Source: Auanema rhodensis
Taxonomy: Eukaryota; Animalia; Nematoda
DNA: 64,000 bases
Assembly (NCBI GenBank): GCA_964057225.1
Contig: OZ059895.1
Location: 17,360,001-17,424,000 of the forward strand
Reading direction: 5' to 3'
Shown here: positions 13,501 through 23,925 of the stretch, piece by piece
Numbering within the stretch: the stretch's first letter is position 1
Layout of the letters: every line of letters begins with the position of its first letter
Program-made: the position numbers and the translations under genes
Notes under the pieces: generated by a model
What the model was told of the DNA's origin: nothing
What the model saw: the letters and a program-made list of their open reading frames with translations, nothing else
Database searches by the model: none

Positions 13501-16500
13501 GTAATTTATTTTCCCAATCCGCTTCAGGTGGTATATAGTCTGGATTGTGTTCGGTCGTAAAGATCTCGTATTGTGGCAGTACGCCTATTTTTGCTTTGTC
13601 AATAATGTTTCCGGGTGATAGATCTATAGGATGATCAGTGTTGTTTTTGAATGTCATGGTAATTGAATTGACGTCTCGAAATGCTGTTTCGTAGGTGGTA
13701 GATATCGTCTTTTCTTCATCGGGTTGTAGCATGGCGACTTCGTTGTGTGATATGGGTTCAGCTAACCTTACTGGTATTCTACAGGTCTGATGAGGAAAGA
13801 TACATTGTGGATTTAAATTTATCAAATTAATGACAAATGATGTTTTTCTGATATTCCCGTTATTTCCATTGGCTAACGGTACTACGCGGTTTCCGATTTC
13901 TAACGTTTGTTTGAATGGTCGAAGTTTCATACCGATATTTTGACGATCGAGTGTTTTCATAAAATCTAATCCAATCAATGCTGGTGATGGACAGTCTTCA
14001 TCTCTTGAAATGAAGAATGTATGATCTATTTCATATCCAGCGATTTCTACGGTTAAATCAATTGTTCCCAGAAATCGAAATTCTGATCCGTTTGCTGTCG
14101 TTGCAACTGATTTATCCTTTTTTACAAAATCATTCAAAGTTAAGTAATGTAATGTCGAGAGTCTGATATAACTAATCGATGATCCTGAATCCCAAAGAGT
14201 TAGGATTAGTCTATCGTTAACAGTCATCAATAGCAATGGTAGAGTTTGGTCTTTGCGATTGGAAACTGAACAAACTATGGGCATAGCTAGTGGAACTAAA
14301 GTGAGAAACGATGGATAGTACTGTTTCATTATATTCTTTGGTATTGGCTGATCAGGTTGACTTACTAGCTCTAATGTTTCTTCATATGTGGGAAGATCGT
14401 TGGTTTGATCTCGGAGTTCGATATGCATGACTTGCATGCCAATTGGTTTGAAGAAATATATTTTCGCAACGAAGGCTAGTACGATCAGTATAACTACAAT
14501 AATTGTAATTGCTCCGATAGTGATGAGTGTTCGTTCAATCGTTCCTGCTATTGTATCGACAAATGAATTCCATGTACTTTTGGTGAATTCATTGGCTTTG
14601 GAGATGTAATCACTACTTGTCTTCAATATGCTGAATGCTGATGATATTTTTGGATCATGATGAATTGTGTGAAGCACGTGATTTTGACGAATCGATGCTA
14701 AACTAGCACCATAAGCAATGGCTGTTGTCATTGAGTACACTCGAGATGATAAGTTGGTGTATAAGTGTGCTCCGGTGAATTTTAATGGCGTGATCTTTTC
14801 ATGATGAAGTCCGTCCCACATGGATATAAGACTGACGTCTACAGTACCATTAATTCCTTTCCATTCACCGTCTGTTGACCATACGTCTGTTGGTACGTGA
14901 TCACAGTTAATTTCTTTACCATGAGGTAATAGGTCTTTCGATCCTGGTGCGGCAAACAGTAATTGTCCTTCTTGTGTTAATACTGGGGTTTCGAGATAAC
15001 ATGTGCCATTCACAGTGTGATTGTGATATATAGTCTTTTGTAATACTACCGGGCAAACGTGTATATGTAATATCTCGCTGCCTACAAATCTTGCGGCTAT
15101 ATCTTCTCTTCCCAGTATTGTACGCATAGCTATTGTTGGTTCAATTTGTAAAATTGATCTCCATAATTCAAGATACCTATTTTGGATCTCACATATTGAT
15201 TCGTATGACTCTTTAAAATGTTTCTGCAGTTCTTCTTGAATCATAGTTGTAGCATATTGCAAATGATCTTGTGCAATTCTGCTTGTTATGTTTTGGCGAA
15301 ACTGTTGTTCAGAGTCAACTTTTGTGGCAATGTATTGAGCATTAGCCTGTACAGACTCTATATCGGTGGCTGTAGGCGTTGATGATGCTCTATGTTTACG
15401 AATCAAAGATATTGGTGTATATGTAGTTTCTTCCATTATTGGAATTTGTTGATCTTGATGAACAGCGTAGAGAATAGTCGTTGGCGGCGTGCGGGTCGAT
15501 ATTGTTGCGCGCGCGGTTGTCGTTGCGGTTGTATGGCGCGCCGTTGTTTCGGGCTGGCCCATCGATGAGGGCGCGCGCGCGGTAGTTGCTGCGGCTGCCC
15601 GAGGGCTTGTAGATGTTTGCGGCAGTATTGCGGGATCTGTTGTGATCGGCGCCTCACGATCGATTATAGGGAGGGTTGCCATCTCGGCCGCGCCGCCTGC
15701 CGCGTTGCTTGGTGCACGCGTCGTGGTTTGCAACGATTTAAGTTGGATTTTCTCTGTCATTAATCTTTTTAACTGTTCTGATGATATTCTACTAGATGTA
15801 TTAGGCAAAATATTATCGTTTAGTAGTGGTAAAAATATTTCCAATAATAAGTCCTTAGAGATGTTGTTGGGCTCTATGAGCTTGGGATGTGGTCCAATTG
15901 GTATTCCAAAATTATTCTTGATGTCATAGAACAATTTATCAGTATCAAGTACAAACATTCGTGAAGATGGAAGGTTTATAAATTTTATGTCATCAATATC
16001 AGCTGCTGTTTTATTTCTTCTAAGCGTAACGAGAGTTTTTAGCTCATGTACAAGGTCAATTGTATCTTTTATAAATTTGCTGTTTCTTTCTTCTTGATCA
16101 GTTAATAATTGTTTCCTTATTGGTGGCATTTTTACGAATGCTTTCAATATTTCTTGTCTTGATGGAACTGTTAATTTGTCTTCAATTATAACTGGTGTAT
16201 TGGCTAAATCAAGAGCAATAGTTTCAGCACGCTCTCGATAAGTGCCTTCTTTTGTACGAATTAACCGATCAAATTCAATAACGGTCAAACGATCTGATAT
16301 TTGTTGAAGAAGTTGCCTGGATGTTAAATAAGATATTCCAGCTTTAGTAGCTAAAGCTAATTCTCTTTGAGCAACATATTGTAAAATGGCTTCGTCTTTA
16401 TCACGGAAATCATATTGTTTGAGAAAATGTCTTAAAGATTTCTCATAAATTTGAATTTTAAAGAAAAATTCAAAATTTTCACGATGGGCTATTATCCATT

Positions 16501-19288
16501 CTTTCAAGGAATATGTAGGGTCTACCATACGTCTTCCTTTAATTAGAGGAATAATTTGTGTAATTCCTGGATTACTCATAAGTGGTCTTAAAAATGGATA
16601 TGGGCAAATTCGAAGCGTGTACGTTTCAAAATCTTCAACATCATTTATTCTATCCTGATCGAATGGGAATGAGCATTTTGTAGAAGTTGCGCGTTTAGGT
16701 CTTTTGAACGGCAATTTCTTAAATTCTCGTTCAATTAGGAGTGTGATATTGTTATCATTAGGATATTTGGGGAATGTTATATAATTTCCTGATGTTGTAT
16801 GGAATGCTGGTTGTCTAAAGCAGGATGCAATTGGTTTTGGTGTTATTTTACTCGAAAGGATAAGCGCTGATTGTGTACTTGGAATCAAAATAGTTTCTTT
16901 GCTTATTATAGCATCGTAGTAATGCATATCGATATAATTACAACGGGAATCCGATGTTTGGGGATCCCATATAATTATTGATGTATTTGATTTGCAATTA
17001 CCATGATGAGAACTACAACCTTCAGTGTTTAGTATTAAATTGGATAATATTGTATCATCGGGCATGCGGGTCATGACTCCGCGCTCTAGTACTAAACGCG
17101 GCCGCTCCTCGCACTCGTCGCGGCTAAACGCGCGCGCCGGATCATAGGAGGGCTCTGGGGTTGCTTGTGCTATACTATCGATTCTCTCCAGCTCCATGTT
17201 ATTCCATTTGCGATCGCGAATCGCCTGCCTGCACTCGTGCGCCGCTATAGGCTGCACCCTATCGATTGTTCTGTTTGTGTCGCGGAGGAATAACAAATCG
17301 CGTACACACAGCTTGTGTACTTCCTTCGAGCAGCGCCACGCGTCCCACTCGTGAGCCGTGTGGTTTCGCGTGTATAGATGGATTTGTGTACGTAGCACAT
17401 GATTTGTTTCTGTTAATTTACATTTCTTTACTACTGGTGGAACTAATAAGGCTCCTCCAGTTGCTTTTGTGCAAATTTGATATGAAGTTACACATGGCAG
17501 GAAAATTGCTACTGTGATTGCCATTACAACCGTTAGTGATAACGGTGAAAGGGTCACAGAGTTAATTCGTGGTGTGCTTCTATCTCGTCCTCTTGATTGA
17601 TCTCTTTGATTGTTAAAATGGACTCTTCTTTGTCCGTTATGTTCATTAGTCCTTCCTCTTCTACTATTGTTTGAAGGATTAAAATTGTTTGAATGCCAGT
17701 TGTTATTAAATCGTCCCGAATTTCGTTCATAATTATTGTTACGGCGATAATTAGCAAAAGAGCCGTTACGATTTTGGTTGTTATTATATTTTGAAAAGTT
17801 TTTATTTTTCTGATAATTTTGATAATTATGATAATTTTTATTGTTTTGGTTATCACGTGGATAATTACGGTCGAAATTTCGGTTATCTCGTCTCTCGTTT
17901 GTGCGCGCGAAAGGAGCTAGTGCTTTGTTTACAGCATTGACTAGCATGGACTGCGTGTCTGTTGTCTGGTTCATTATCGATTCTTCCCAGCGAGCGGCCT
18001 CAATCGCATCCGTGAAGGATTTTGGCTTCGCTCGAATCACAGCTGGTTTCAGAGTATTTTTCAATCCTCTGAGGAAAGTTGATCTTAATATGTGATCTTT
18101 GTGAGGGTCATCCGTGGCAAAAGCGCTTAGTGCAATCGTTCTCAGTGATTGAGCGTAAGCGTCAATTGTCAGATCCCCTTGGGTTGTATTTTGGAGATTG
18201 ATCAGCGCGGGGTCCTGATTATATTCAGGACACAGCTTAGATGTTAAAGCTCTTAACAGGTCATTCCATGAACCGGTGGTTTTTAATTGTTCAGGTACTT
18301 GTCTGTACGCTTCTTCCGCTGCTTCGTTTTTAAGAAGCAAAGGTAGAAGGGCTAATCTCTCCGGGATTACCAGACCTACAGCGTTGGCAAATAGGTTGAA
18401 TTTAGCCGTGAAATCTCGAAAGTTGCGACTGCCATCATAAGTTGGGCAGTAGGGTGATAACAAGGCTTGCGCTATGGTAGTTTTCCCTGCCCCAGGTAAA
18501 GAGGGTTCAGTTGCCATATTACTTGTACGGGCAGATGGCATTTTTATCACTCTGCCTGTTGTTAATGAGTTCTCAGACACAGGGGTTGTGTGTACTGAGC
18601 GGCTGGGTTGGTTTGGTGCTTTTGAACTTCCTGTTGTTGTATTTGGTAAAATTGGGGTTGAAGTTTGGTTATCAGTAATAGCAAGATGTGTATGTTCGGG
18701 TGGTTGTATGGGAGATAAATTAATGTTTGGAACCGACGAGTATCTGTTTGTGTGGCTGGTGTTCAAGTTTCGATCTTTTGGTGAACGATTGAAGAGATCA
18801 GAAACTATGTTTTTAAAAGTTTGTAAACCGCCTGCACTAGTAGTGGCTACTGAAGGTGAAACTGTTGGTTCAAGGATGGACAGAGAGAGAGATGCGTCCG
18901 ATTTGCTTGAGTTTTTATTTTTATTTTTCTTATTTTTATTTGAATTAGAGGAGCGTACCTTTTTAGCAGTAACTGGTGTTTGTTCTTCCACTATGACGGA
19001 TGTTTCTTCTCCTCCTGGTGGTACGTAATCCTCGTCGCTTAATCGTTCAGTAGGTGAATAAGTGCCTGCACGAGGAGTAAAGAATTTGTCGGTTTTGTGC
19101 TCGGCTTTCTGCTCGTCTTCGATTATAGCGATGCTCTGTGCGCGAGCTCGGCTTCTGGTGAGTGGAGCTGAGTCTCGCAGATCAAAATCAGTTTGTGTAC
19201 TGAGAGGTACAGCTGATCGGAATCGCTTATCCACTTTGGTAGCGCTCTTGGTTTGGAAAAACCTTGAGTGTTTAGTAACGTGGGGGAT
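10550..19288 (-). CDS. E1 Gag-Env-Pol polyprotein (probable AUC start at 19288; ORF-track GTG at 19234; first AUGs at 18541 and 18517)
   Basis: Capsid-like Gag and N/R-rich region; signal peptide (VVMAITVAIFLPCVTS|YQIC, mature Env from 17482); gB-like ectodomain; TM ~14449-14527; protease LWDSGS (~14190); RT YLDD (12851-12862); RNase H ESDGS..E..TDH..DALSR; integrase HHCC, D-D-E and GPF. No stop codon or frameshift. The start position is inferred. Confidence 0.95.
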   Translation of the reverse strand: MPHVTKHSRFFQTKSATKVDKRFRSAVPLSTQTDFDLRDSAPLTRSRARAQSIAIIEDEQKAEHKTDKFFTPRAGTYSPTERLSDEDYVPPGGEETSVIVEEQTPVTAKKVRSSNSNKNKKNKNKNSSKSDASLSLSILEPTVSPSVATTSAGGLQTFKNIVSDLFNRSPKDRNLNTSHTNRYSSVPNINLSPIQPPEHTHLAITDNQTSTPILPNTTTGSSKAPNQPSRSVHTTPVSENSLTTGRVIKMPSARTSNMATEPSLPGAGKTTIAQALLSPYCPTYDGSRNFRDFTAKFNLFANAVGLVIPERLALLPLLLKNEAAEEAYRQVPEQLKTTGSWNDLLRALTSKLCPEYNQDPALINLQNTTQGDLTIDAYAQSLRTIALSAFATDDPHKDHILRSTFLRGLKNTLKPAVIRAKPKSFTDAIEAARWEESIMNQTTDTQSMLVNAVNKALAPFARTNERRDNRNFDRNYPRDNQNNKNYHNYQNYQKNKNFSKYNNNQNRNGSFANYRRNNNYERNSGRFNNNWHSNNFNPSNNSRRGRTNEHNGQRRVHFNNQRDQSRGRDRSTPRINSVTLSPLSLTVVMAITVAIFLPCVTSYQICTKATGGALLVPPVVKKCKLTETNHVLRTQIHLYTRNHTAHEWDAWRCSKEVHKLCVRDLLFLRDTNRTIDRVQPIAAHECRQAIRDRKWNNMELERIDSIAQATPEPSYDPARAFSRDECEERPRLVLERGVMTRMPDDTILSNLILNTEGCSSHHGNCKSNTSIIIWDPQTSDSRCNYIDMHYYDAIISKETILIPSTQSALILSSKITPKPIASCFRQPAFHTTSGNYITFPKYPNDNNITLLIEREFKKLPFKRPKRATSTKCSFPFDQDRINDVEDFETYTLRICPYPFLRPLMSNPGITQIIPLIKGRRMVDPTYSLKEWIIAHRENFEFFFKIQIYEKSLRHFLKQYDFRDKDEAILQYVAQRELALATKAGISYLTSRQLLQQISDRLTVIEFDRLIRTKEGTYRERAETIALDLANTPVIIEDKLTVPSRQEILKAFVKMPPIRKQLLTDQEERNSKFIKDTIDLVHELKTLVTLRRNKTAADIDDIKFINLPSSRMFVLDTDKLFYDIKNNFGIPIGPHPKLIEPNNISKDLLLEIFLPLLNDNILPNTSSRISSEQLKRLMTEKIQLKSLQTTTRAPSNAAGGAAEMATLPIIDREAPITTDPAILPQTSTSPRAAAATTARAPSSMGQPETTARHTTATTTARATISTRTPPTTILYAVHQDQQIPIMEETTYTPISLIRKHRASSTPTATDIESVQANAQYIATKVDSEQQFRQNITSRIAQDHLQYATTMIQEELQKHFKESYESICEIQNRYLELWRSILQIEPTIAMRTILGREDIAARFVGSEILHIHVCPVVLQKTIYHNHTVNGTCYLETPVLTQEGQLLFAAPGSKDLLPHGKEINCDHVPTDVWSTDGEWKGINGTVDVSLISMWDGLHHEKITPLKFTGAHLYTNLSSRVYSMTTAIAYGASLASIRQNHVLHTIHHDPKISSAFSILKTSSDYISKANEFTKSTWNSFVDTIAGTIERTLITIGAITIIVVILIVLAFVAKIYFFKPIGMQVMHIELRDQTNDLPTYEETLELVSQPDQPIPKNIMKQYYPSFLTLVPLAMPIVCSVSNRKDQTLPLLLMTVNDRLILTLWDSGSSISYIRLSTLHYLTLNDFVKKDKSVATTANGSEFRFLGTIDLTVEIAGYEIDHTFFISRDEDCPSPALIGLDFMKTLDRQNIGMKLRPFKQTLEIGNRVVPLANGNNGNIRKTSFVINLINLNPQCIFPHQTCRIPVRLAEPISHNEVAMLQPDEEKTISTTYETAFRDVNSITMTFKNNTDHPIDLSPGNIIDKAKIGVLPQYEIFTTEHNPDYIPPEADWENKLPHFPQDFMNDLDLKDADLTKEQKDLLQLCILRNRDAFLNEDKQIGLFKGPVEHSIPLRTDMDMPRPRITRIPIGKQEEVERQVQEMLKQNIIEPSTSLFNSPVVLVKKKDETFRFVTDFRALNNVTRKQTYIIPNISDIVDMAAGSQYFSNFDLVSGFFQIALKKSDRPLTAFTTNTGTYQYRRMPMGLCGAPHTFQTAVRYLQSRCKCRLFVYLDDLLVISDTAEQHLDDIAEILREVKKLGMKIKLKKCAFARPEVKFLGLIVGRDGVKPDPQKVSAIQDYPAPKSPTGVRAFLGMVGFFRKFIKDFAHIASPLYDLTKLDVEFQWNDKSQQAVDTLKRKLIQAPVLKPPRSDRMFIIESDGSNIAVGAVLLQPEDPNEPLKNLHPIAFASRKLVKAERNYAPIEIEALGLVYALAQFRTYILGSHTICITDHRPLTSLLTRRDLFGRLAKFQLVIQEYDIEIRYREGRLNKVCDALSRYIGDEANDPKPEKKKKTKEIPKAQINFVNVPDIRAIQEDTPWIKRTIAEIEYRAKKNMLSNDRYCVIDNMLYTKPSRKRPHPALILPRESELINKVIEEFHEDPAIGAHQGINKTKEAILRRFCWTNMQTDIAIFVKQCVKCAQRKKDPHAMTVQPMGQFEIPSKPFERIHMDIMGPFPTSKRNNNYVLTIQDSFSKWATTIAIPTIVTDVIIDRFLRNFVYIFGPPNRLITDRGSNFVSKKFEEMCEKLGSKHEPTLPHQKNSNGQVERLHRTLEEGLTHYLNEDVTDWDMYLPKITFALNTITHATTGISPYIALFGKESRMRLDKELFPETLQPEILEEIENTEYIRGERRTIIQENLAKHQETAKRKHDGRQRIEERDIRKGDQVMLAIKAHKPGQKLRKSYDGPFEVINVEGNMVQLKNQFGKIQDVHKDNLKLFERKMDHTIAQNTRSNTTTYDTDDDSDIEIIKVINGNDNYDSTEETEPEDPSDQNWLPPRRRR

Positions 19289-20630
19289 TTTGAGACGTTA
19301 ATGAGTGTTATGGATAAGGAGTTTTGGAAAAGGGGTGAGAAAGCTGTGAGTAACTGGTTTGTATAGTCGGCGTTAAGGAATGAATCTAAGTTGTGGCCTT
19401 TAACAGAGATCCGCCTACTACCGTATGAAAATTTGGACTTTGTTCGCTTTCCAATTTAATATTCTTAAATGTATATAATTCAACCAGTTTGTATATGTTC
19501 AAAAATGTTCAGTGCTCACTTGATTGATGCCTGAGCAATCTCATTAGTCCTTATTCCCATTTTTTTTTCTTTTTCTGACGATTCTGATCTTCTTGGACTC
19601 ACGAGTGATCGAAAATGCCACGAAAATGGACTTTGGTAAATGTTCAAAGGATTTTAGCGGTTTTCATAATGTACATTCGTAATAGCATTACTCTTTTAAG
19701 GAAGCAATTTGGAAAACGAATGAGTACCGTAGTCCCATCATGATCAGAAATCTAGTTTTAAAATTATGGCTAGGAATAGATGACTAAAGATTACAATAAC
19801 TATATTTAAAGAATTATGGTGTTTAGGAATGAGTCTTATGCTTCAAAACAACAATAACGGTATGAGGAAGGTGACATATAGTAAGGGGAGAAAATCCAAA
19901 CTGATATGCTTAAGCCAACACGACCTGATAGACAATCACTAATAATAATTCAGTTCGTAAAATTGTACAGGATTTTTCGGACTATAGCGATCTTAAAATT
20001 CACTTTTCATAATATTCCTCCCATTTAGGTGAGGTTTCCCGTGTAAATTCAATGCGTTATCAAAATATTTTTGGATGTTAATGGCAAAAAGTTGTCTGAA
20101 CAGAAATGTAACGCAAAATAAAATAGTCCTGATCGCAAAATATGAAATAATCTCAATTTGGTGCGCAAAATTGTTTCATCCACAAAAAACAAAGAAATAA
20201 CCGTGGCTATTCTTTCCTCGAAGCCAAAATCAATCCTTAAAAGGAGAAAGTGTGGGCATAAATCTCAATAAAAATTATCCTTGGGTGAATTTGTTCACTA
20301 ATTCATCCTAGGGTCCTCAAAAATGCTTCGAGTTCGGGTAACAGAGTATTTGATGTTAACAGCAAGGATATAAAAATTGTTGGGTTCAGACAGACAGAAA
20401 ATTGTGAACAAACGGGAAAATATAACTTCAGTTTCAAAAAATATAAAATCCATCTCCAAAAGGAGTGGTCCTTGCATCTGTTCCCTTTTAAACGTTGTTG
20501 GCCCCACCGTATTGTGTTAAGACATGGAGTAGATGGTTTAGAGATATAAGAGAATTCAGATTCAATGAATTGTATTAAAAATAACGAAATATAAGAGAAA
20601 ATAGTCAAGAAATCAAGATAAAATGTTCGA

Positions 20631-20643
20631 GGTGGAACCTCCA
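20631..20643 (-). other. E1 primer binding site, tRNA-Gln (TGGAGGTTCCACC)
   Basis: Abuts the 5' LTR; complementary to the conserved metazoan tRNA-Gln 3' end ...GGUGGAACCU-CCA. Confidence 0.88.
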
Positions 20644-20980
20644 CGTTCCGTTATGCTCTCACGTCGATCCTATAGACCAATAAAGCCTACAAGATGAGTG
20701 TGATAGTATTCCAGATGTAGCGGTAGATAAAGAGCATAATGGATAAACATAAGACTCGAGAAAGAAAGGTTTATTATGTCTACATGATTACAATAAGTTA
20801 TATAAGTCTACATAAGGATATAAAGTGAAAGAGAGCTAAGAAAGGAAGACCAACCATCCATAGTCATTCCATAAGGCAAAGCTGAAGTCTGTGTTCCATA
20901 TGAAGGGCGTGTCGTCCTCTCTCAGCCTCATGTCGTCTGATTCTAACCCGCCTGCTACGTATTGATTTCCGAATGGAACG
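20644..20980 (-). repeat. E1 5' LTR (337 bp)
   Basis: Direct repeat of 9517-9853, followed in element sense by the PBS. Confidence 0.96.
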
Positions 20981-23546
20981 ATTCATTCGAATGAAATATT
21001 TTACTTCAATACGGAGCAGTATTGTTAAAAGTGACAAAGTGATTATTATCGACAAATGAAAACAACTTATCAAGCCTCATTGGCTCAGGGGCAGAGCGTC
21101 TGTCTAGTAAACAGAAGGTCGCTGGTTCGATTCCAGCATGAGGCATCGTTTTAGACTTTTTCAAACTATTTTGAGGATTAATTCGTGCTTCTTGAAGCTT
21201 TTACTTCAGGTTACATCTTCTCTTATTCATTCGAATGAAATATTTTACTTCAATATGGAGCAGTATTGTTAAAAGTGACAAAGTGATTATTATCGACAAA
21301 TGAAAACAACTTATCAAGCCTCATTGGCTCAGGGGCAGAGCGTCTGTCTAGTAAACAGAAGGTCGCTGGTTCGATTCCAGCATGAGGCATCGTTTTAGAC
21401 TTCTTCAAACTATTTTGAGGATTAATTCGTGCTTCTTGAAGCTTTTACTTCAGGTTACATCTTCTGTTATTCATTCGAATGAAATATTTTACTTCAATAC
21501 GGAGCAGTATTGTTAAAAGTGACTAAGAGATTATAATAGAGAAATGAGAATAACTTATCAAGCCTCATTGGCTCAGGGGCAGAGCGTCTGTCTAGTAAAC
21601 AGAAGGTCGCTGGTTCGATTCCAGCATGAGGCATCGTTTTAGACTTTTTCAAACTATTTTGAGGATTAATTCGTGCTTCTCGAAGCTTTTACTTCAGGTT
21701 ACATCTTCTCTTATTCATTCAAATGAAATATTTTACTTCAATACGGAGCAGTATTGTTAAAAGTTACAAAGTGATTATTATCGACAAATGAAAACAACTT
21801 ATCAAGCCTCATTGGCTCAGGGGCAGAGCGTCTGTCTAGTAAACAGAAGGTCGCTGGTTCGATTCCAGCATGAGGCATCGTTTTAGACTTTTTCAAAATA
21901 TTTTGAAGATTAATTCGTGCTTCTTGAAGCTTTTACTTCAGGTTACATCTTCTCTTATTCATTCGAATGAAATATTTTACTTCAATACGGAGCAGTATTG
22001 TTAAAAGTGATAAAGTGATTATTATCGACAAATGAAAACAACTTATCAAGCCTCATTGGCTCAGGGGCAGAGCGTCTGTCTAGTAAACAGAAGGTCGCTG
22101 GTTCGATTCCAGCATGAGGCATCGTTTTAGACTTCTTCAAACTATTTTGAAGATTAATTCGTGCTTCTTGAAGCTTTTACTTCAGGTTACATCTTCTCTT
22201 ATTCATTCGAATGAAATATTTTACTTCAATACGGAGCAGTATTGTTAAAAGTTACAAAGTGATTACTATCGACAAATGAAAACAACTTATCAAGCCTCAT
22301 TGGCTCAGGGGCAGAGCGTCTGTCTAGTCGATTCCAGCATGAGGCATCGTTTTAGACTTTCTCAAACTATTTTTAGGATTCATTCGTGCTTCTCAAAGCT
22401 TTTACTTCAGGTTACATCTTCTCTTATTCATTCGAATGAAATATTTTACTTCAATACGGAGCAGTATTGTTAAAAGTGACAAAGTGATTATTATCGACAA
22501 ATGAAAACAACTTATCAAGCCTCATTGGCTCAGGGGCAGAGCGTCTGTCTAGTAAACAGAAGGTCGCTGGTTCGATTCCAGCATGAGGCATCGTTTTAGA
22601 CTTTTTCAAAATATTTTGAAGATTAATTCGTGCTTCTTGAAGCTTTTACTTCAGGTTACATCTTCTCTTAATCATTCAAATGAAATGTTTCAATTGAATA
22701 TGTAAACGCATTGTTGAAAGTGACTAAGAGATTATAATCGAGAAATGAGAATAACTTTTTAAGCCTCATTGGCTCAGGGGCAGAGCGTCTGTCTAGTAAA
22801 CAGAAGGTCGCTGGTTCGATTCCAGCATGAGGCATCGTTTTAGACTTTTTCAAAATATTTTGAAGATTAATTCGTGCTTCTTGAAGCTTTTACATCAGGT
22901 TACATCTTCTCTTATTCATTCGAATGAAATATTTTACTTCAATACGGAGCAGTATTGTTAAAAGTGACAAAGTGATTATTATCGACAAATGAAAACAACT
23001 TATCAAGCCTCATTGGCTCAGGGGCAGAGCGTCTGTCTAGTAAACAGAAGGTCGCTGGTTCGATTCCAGCATGAGGCATCGTTTTAGACTTCTTCAAACT
23101 ATTTTGAGGATTAATTCGTGCTTCTTGAAGCTTTTACTTCAGGTTACATCTTCTCTTATTCATTCGAATGAAATATTTTACTTCAATACGGAGCAGTATT
23201 GTTAAAAGTGACAAAGTGATTATTATCGACAAATGAAAACAACTTATCAAGCCTCATTGGCTCAGGGGCAGAGCGTCTGTCTAGTAAACAGAAGGTCGTT
23301 GGTTCGATTCCAGCATGAGGCATCGTTTTAGACTTTTTCAAACTATTTTGAGGATTAAATCGTGCTTCTTGAAGCTTTTACTTCAGGTTACATCTTCTCT
23401 TATTCATTCGAATGAAATATTTTACTTCAACACGGAGCAGTATTGTTAAAAGTGACAAAGTGATTTATATCGACAAATGAAAACAACTTATCAAGCCTCA
23501 TTGGCTCAGGAGCAGAGCGTCTGTCTAGTCGATTCCAGCATGAGGC
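20981..23546 (+). repeat. Tandem tRNA-Thr(AGT) array, segment 3
   Basis: Same units; the order of variants matches blocks at ~38.3-39.8 kb and ~40.9-43.1 kb. Confidence 0.97.
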
Positions 23547-23912
23547 CGTTCCATTCGGAGACTCTATATATGTAACTGCAGGGTTAGAGCCAGACCGACT
23601 AGAGGAATGAGGAATGGCACCGCCTTCCCTCATGCCCCTATTCGGGAGTTCGCCCCTTTGCAAGCCCATGGACGGTTTGCATCTAACTTAGTTAATCTTA
23701 TATATTAGTCTTTGTCTTGTAAATGTAGTTTACTTTATCCTTGTGTTAATGTATTGTAATGATATTGTATTGTGTATAATAAACCTATATATTTCCTTAT
23801 CTTATGTAATCCTTATGCTCTGTTTCCATACCGCTACACTTATGGAATACTATACGCGTAGTTGAGCAGACTACAATGGTCTGTTCAATATACGTAGGAG
23901 CATAATGGAACG
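23547..23912 (+). repeat. E2 5' LTR (366 bp)
   Basis: Perfect 9-bp terminal inverted repeat CGTTCCATT...AATGGAACG; AATAAA at ~23778; direct repeat of 35255-35620. Confidence 0.96.
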
Positions 23913-23925
23913 TGGAGGTTCCACC
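23913..23925 (+). other. E2 primer binding site, tRNA-Gln (TGGAGGTTCCACC)
   Basis: Identical to the E1 and E3 PBS; abuts the LTR. Confidence 0.88.

Larger units (their letters stand above)
9517..20980 (-). mobile_element. E1: full-length env-bearing Ty3/gypsy (Metaviridae)-type LTR retrotransposon, 11,464 bp
   Basis: Two 337-bp LTRs (no difference seen by eye), TSD ATTC (9513-9516, 20981-20984), PBS, PPT and an intact polyprotein with PR-RT-RH-IN order. Confidence 0.97.

Noticed and set aside
18474-19301. Antisense ORFs (184 aa, 79 aa) over the E1 gag N-terminus, and 15489-15929 over the mucin-like tract
   Set aside because: No equivalent in E2; explained by codon bias of Ser/Thr/Pro-rich sense sequence.
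20298-20644. Short ORFs in the E1 leader (69 and 113 aa; 47427-47633 in E3)
   Set aside because: The frame differs between E1 and E3 because of indels, the starts are non-ATG, and they are not conserved in E2.
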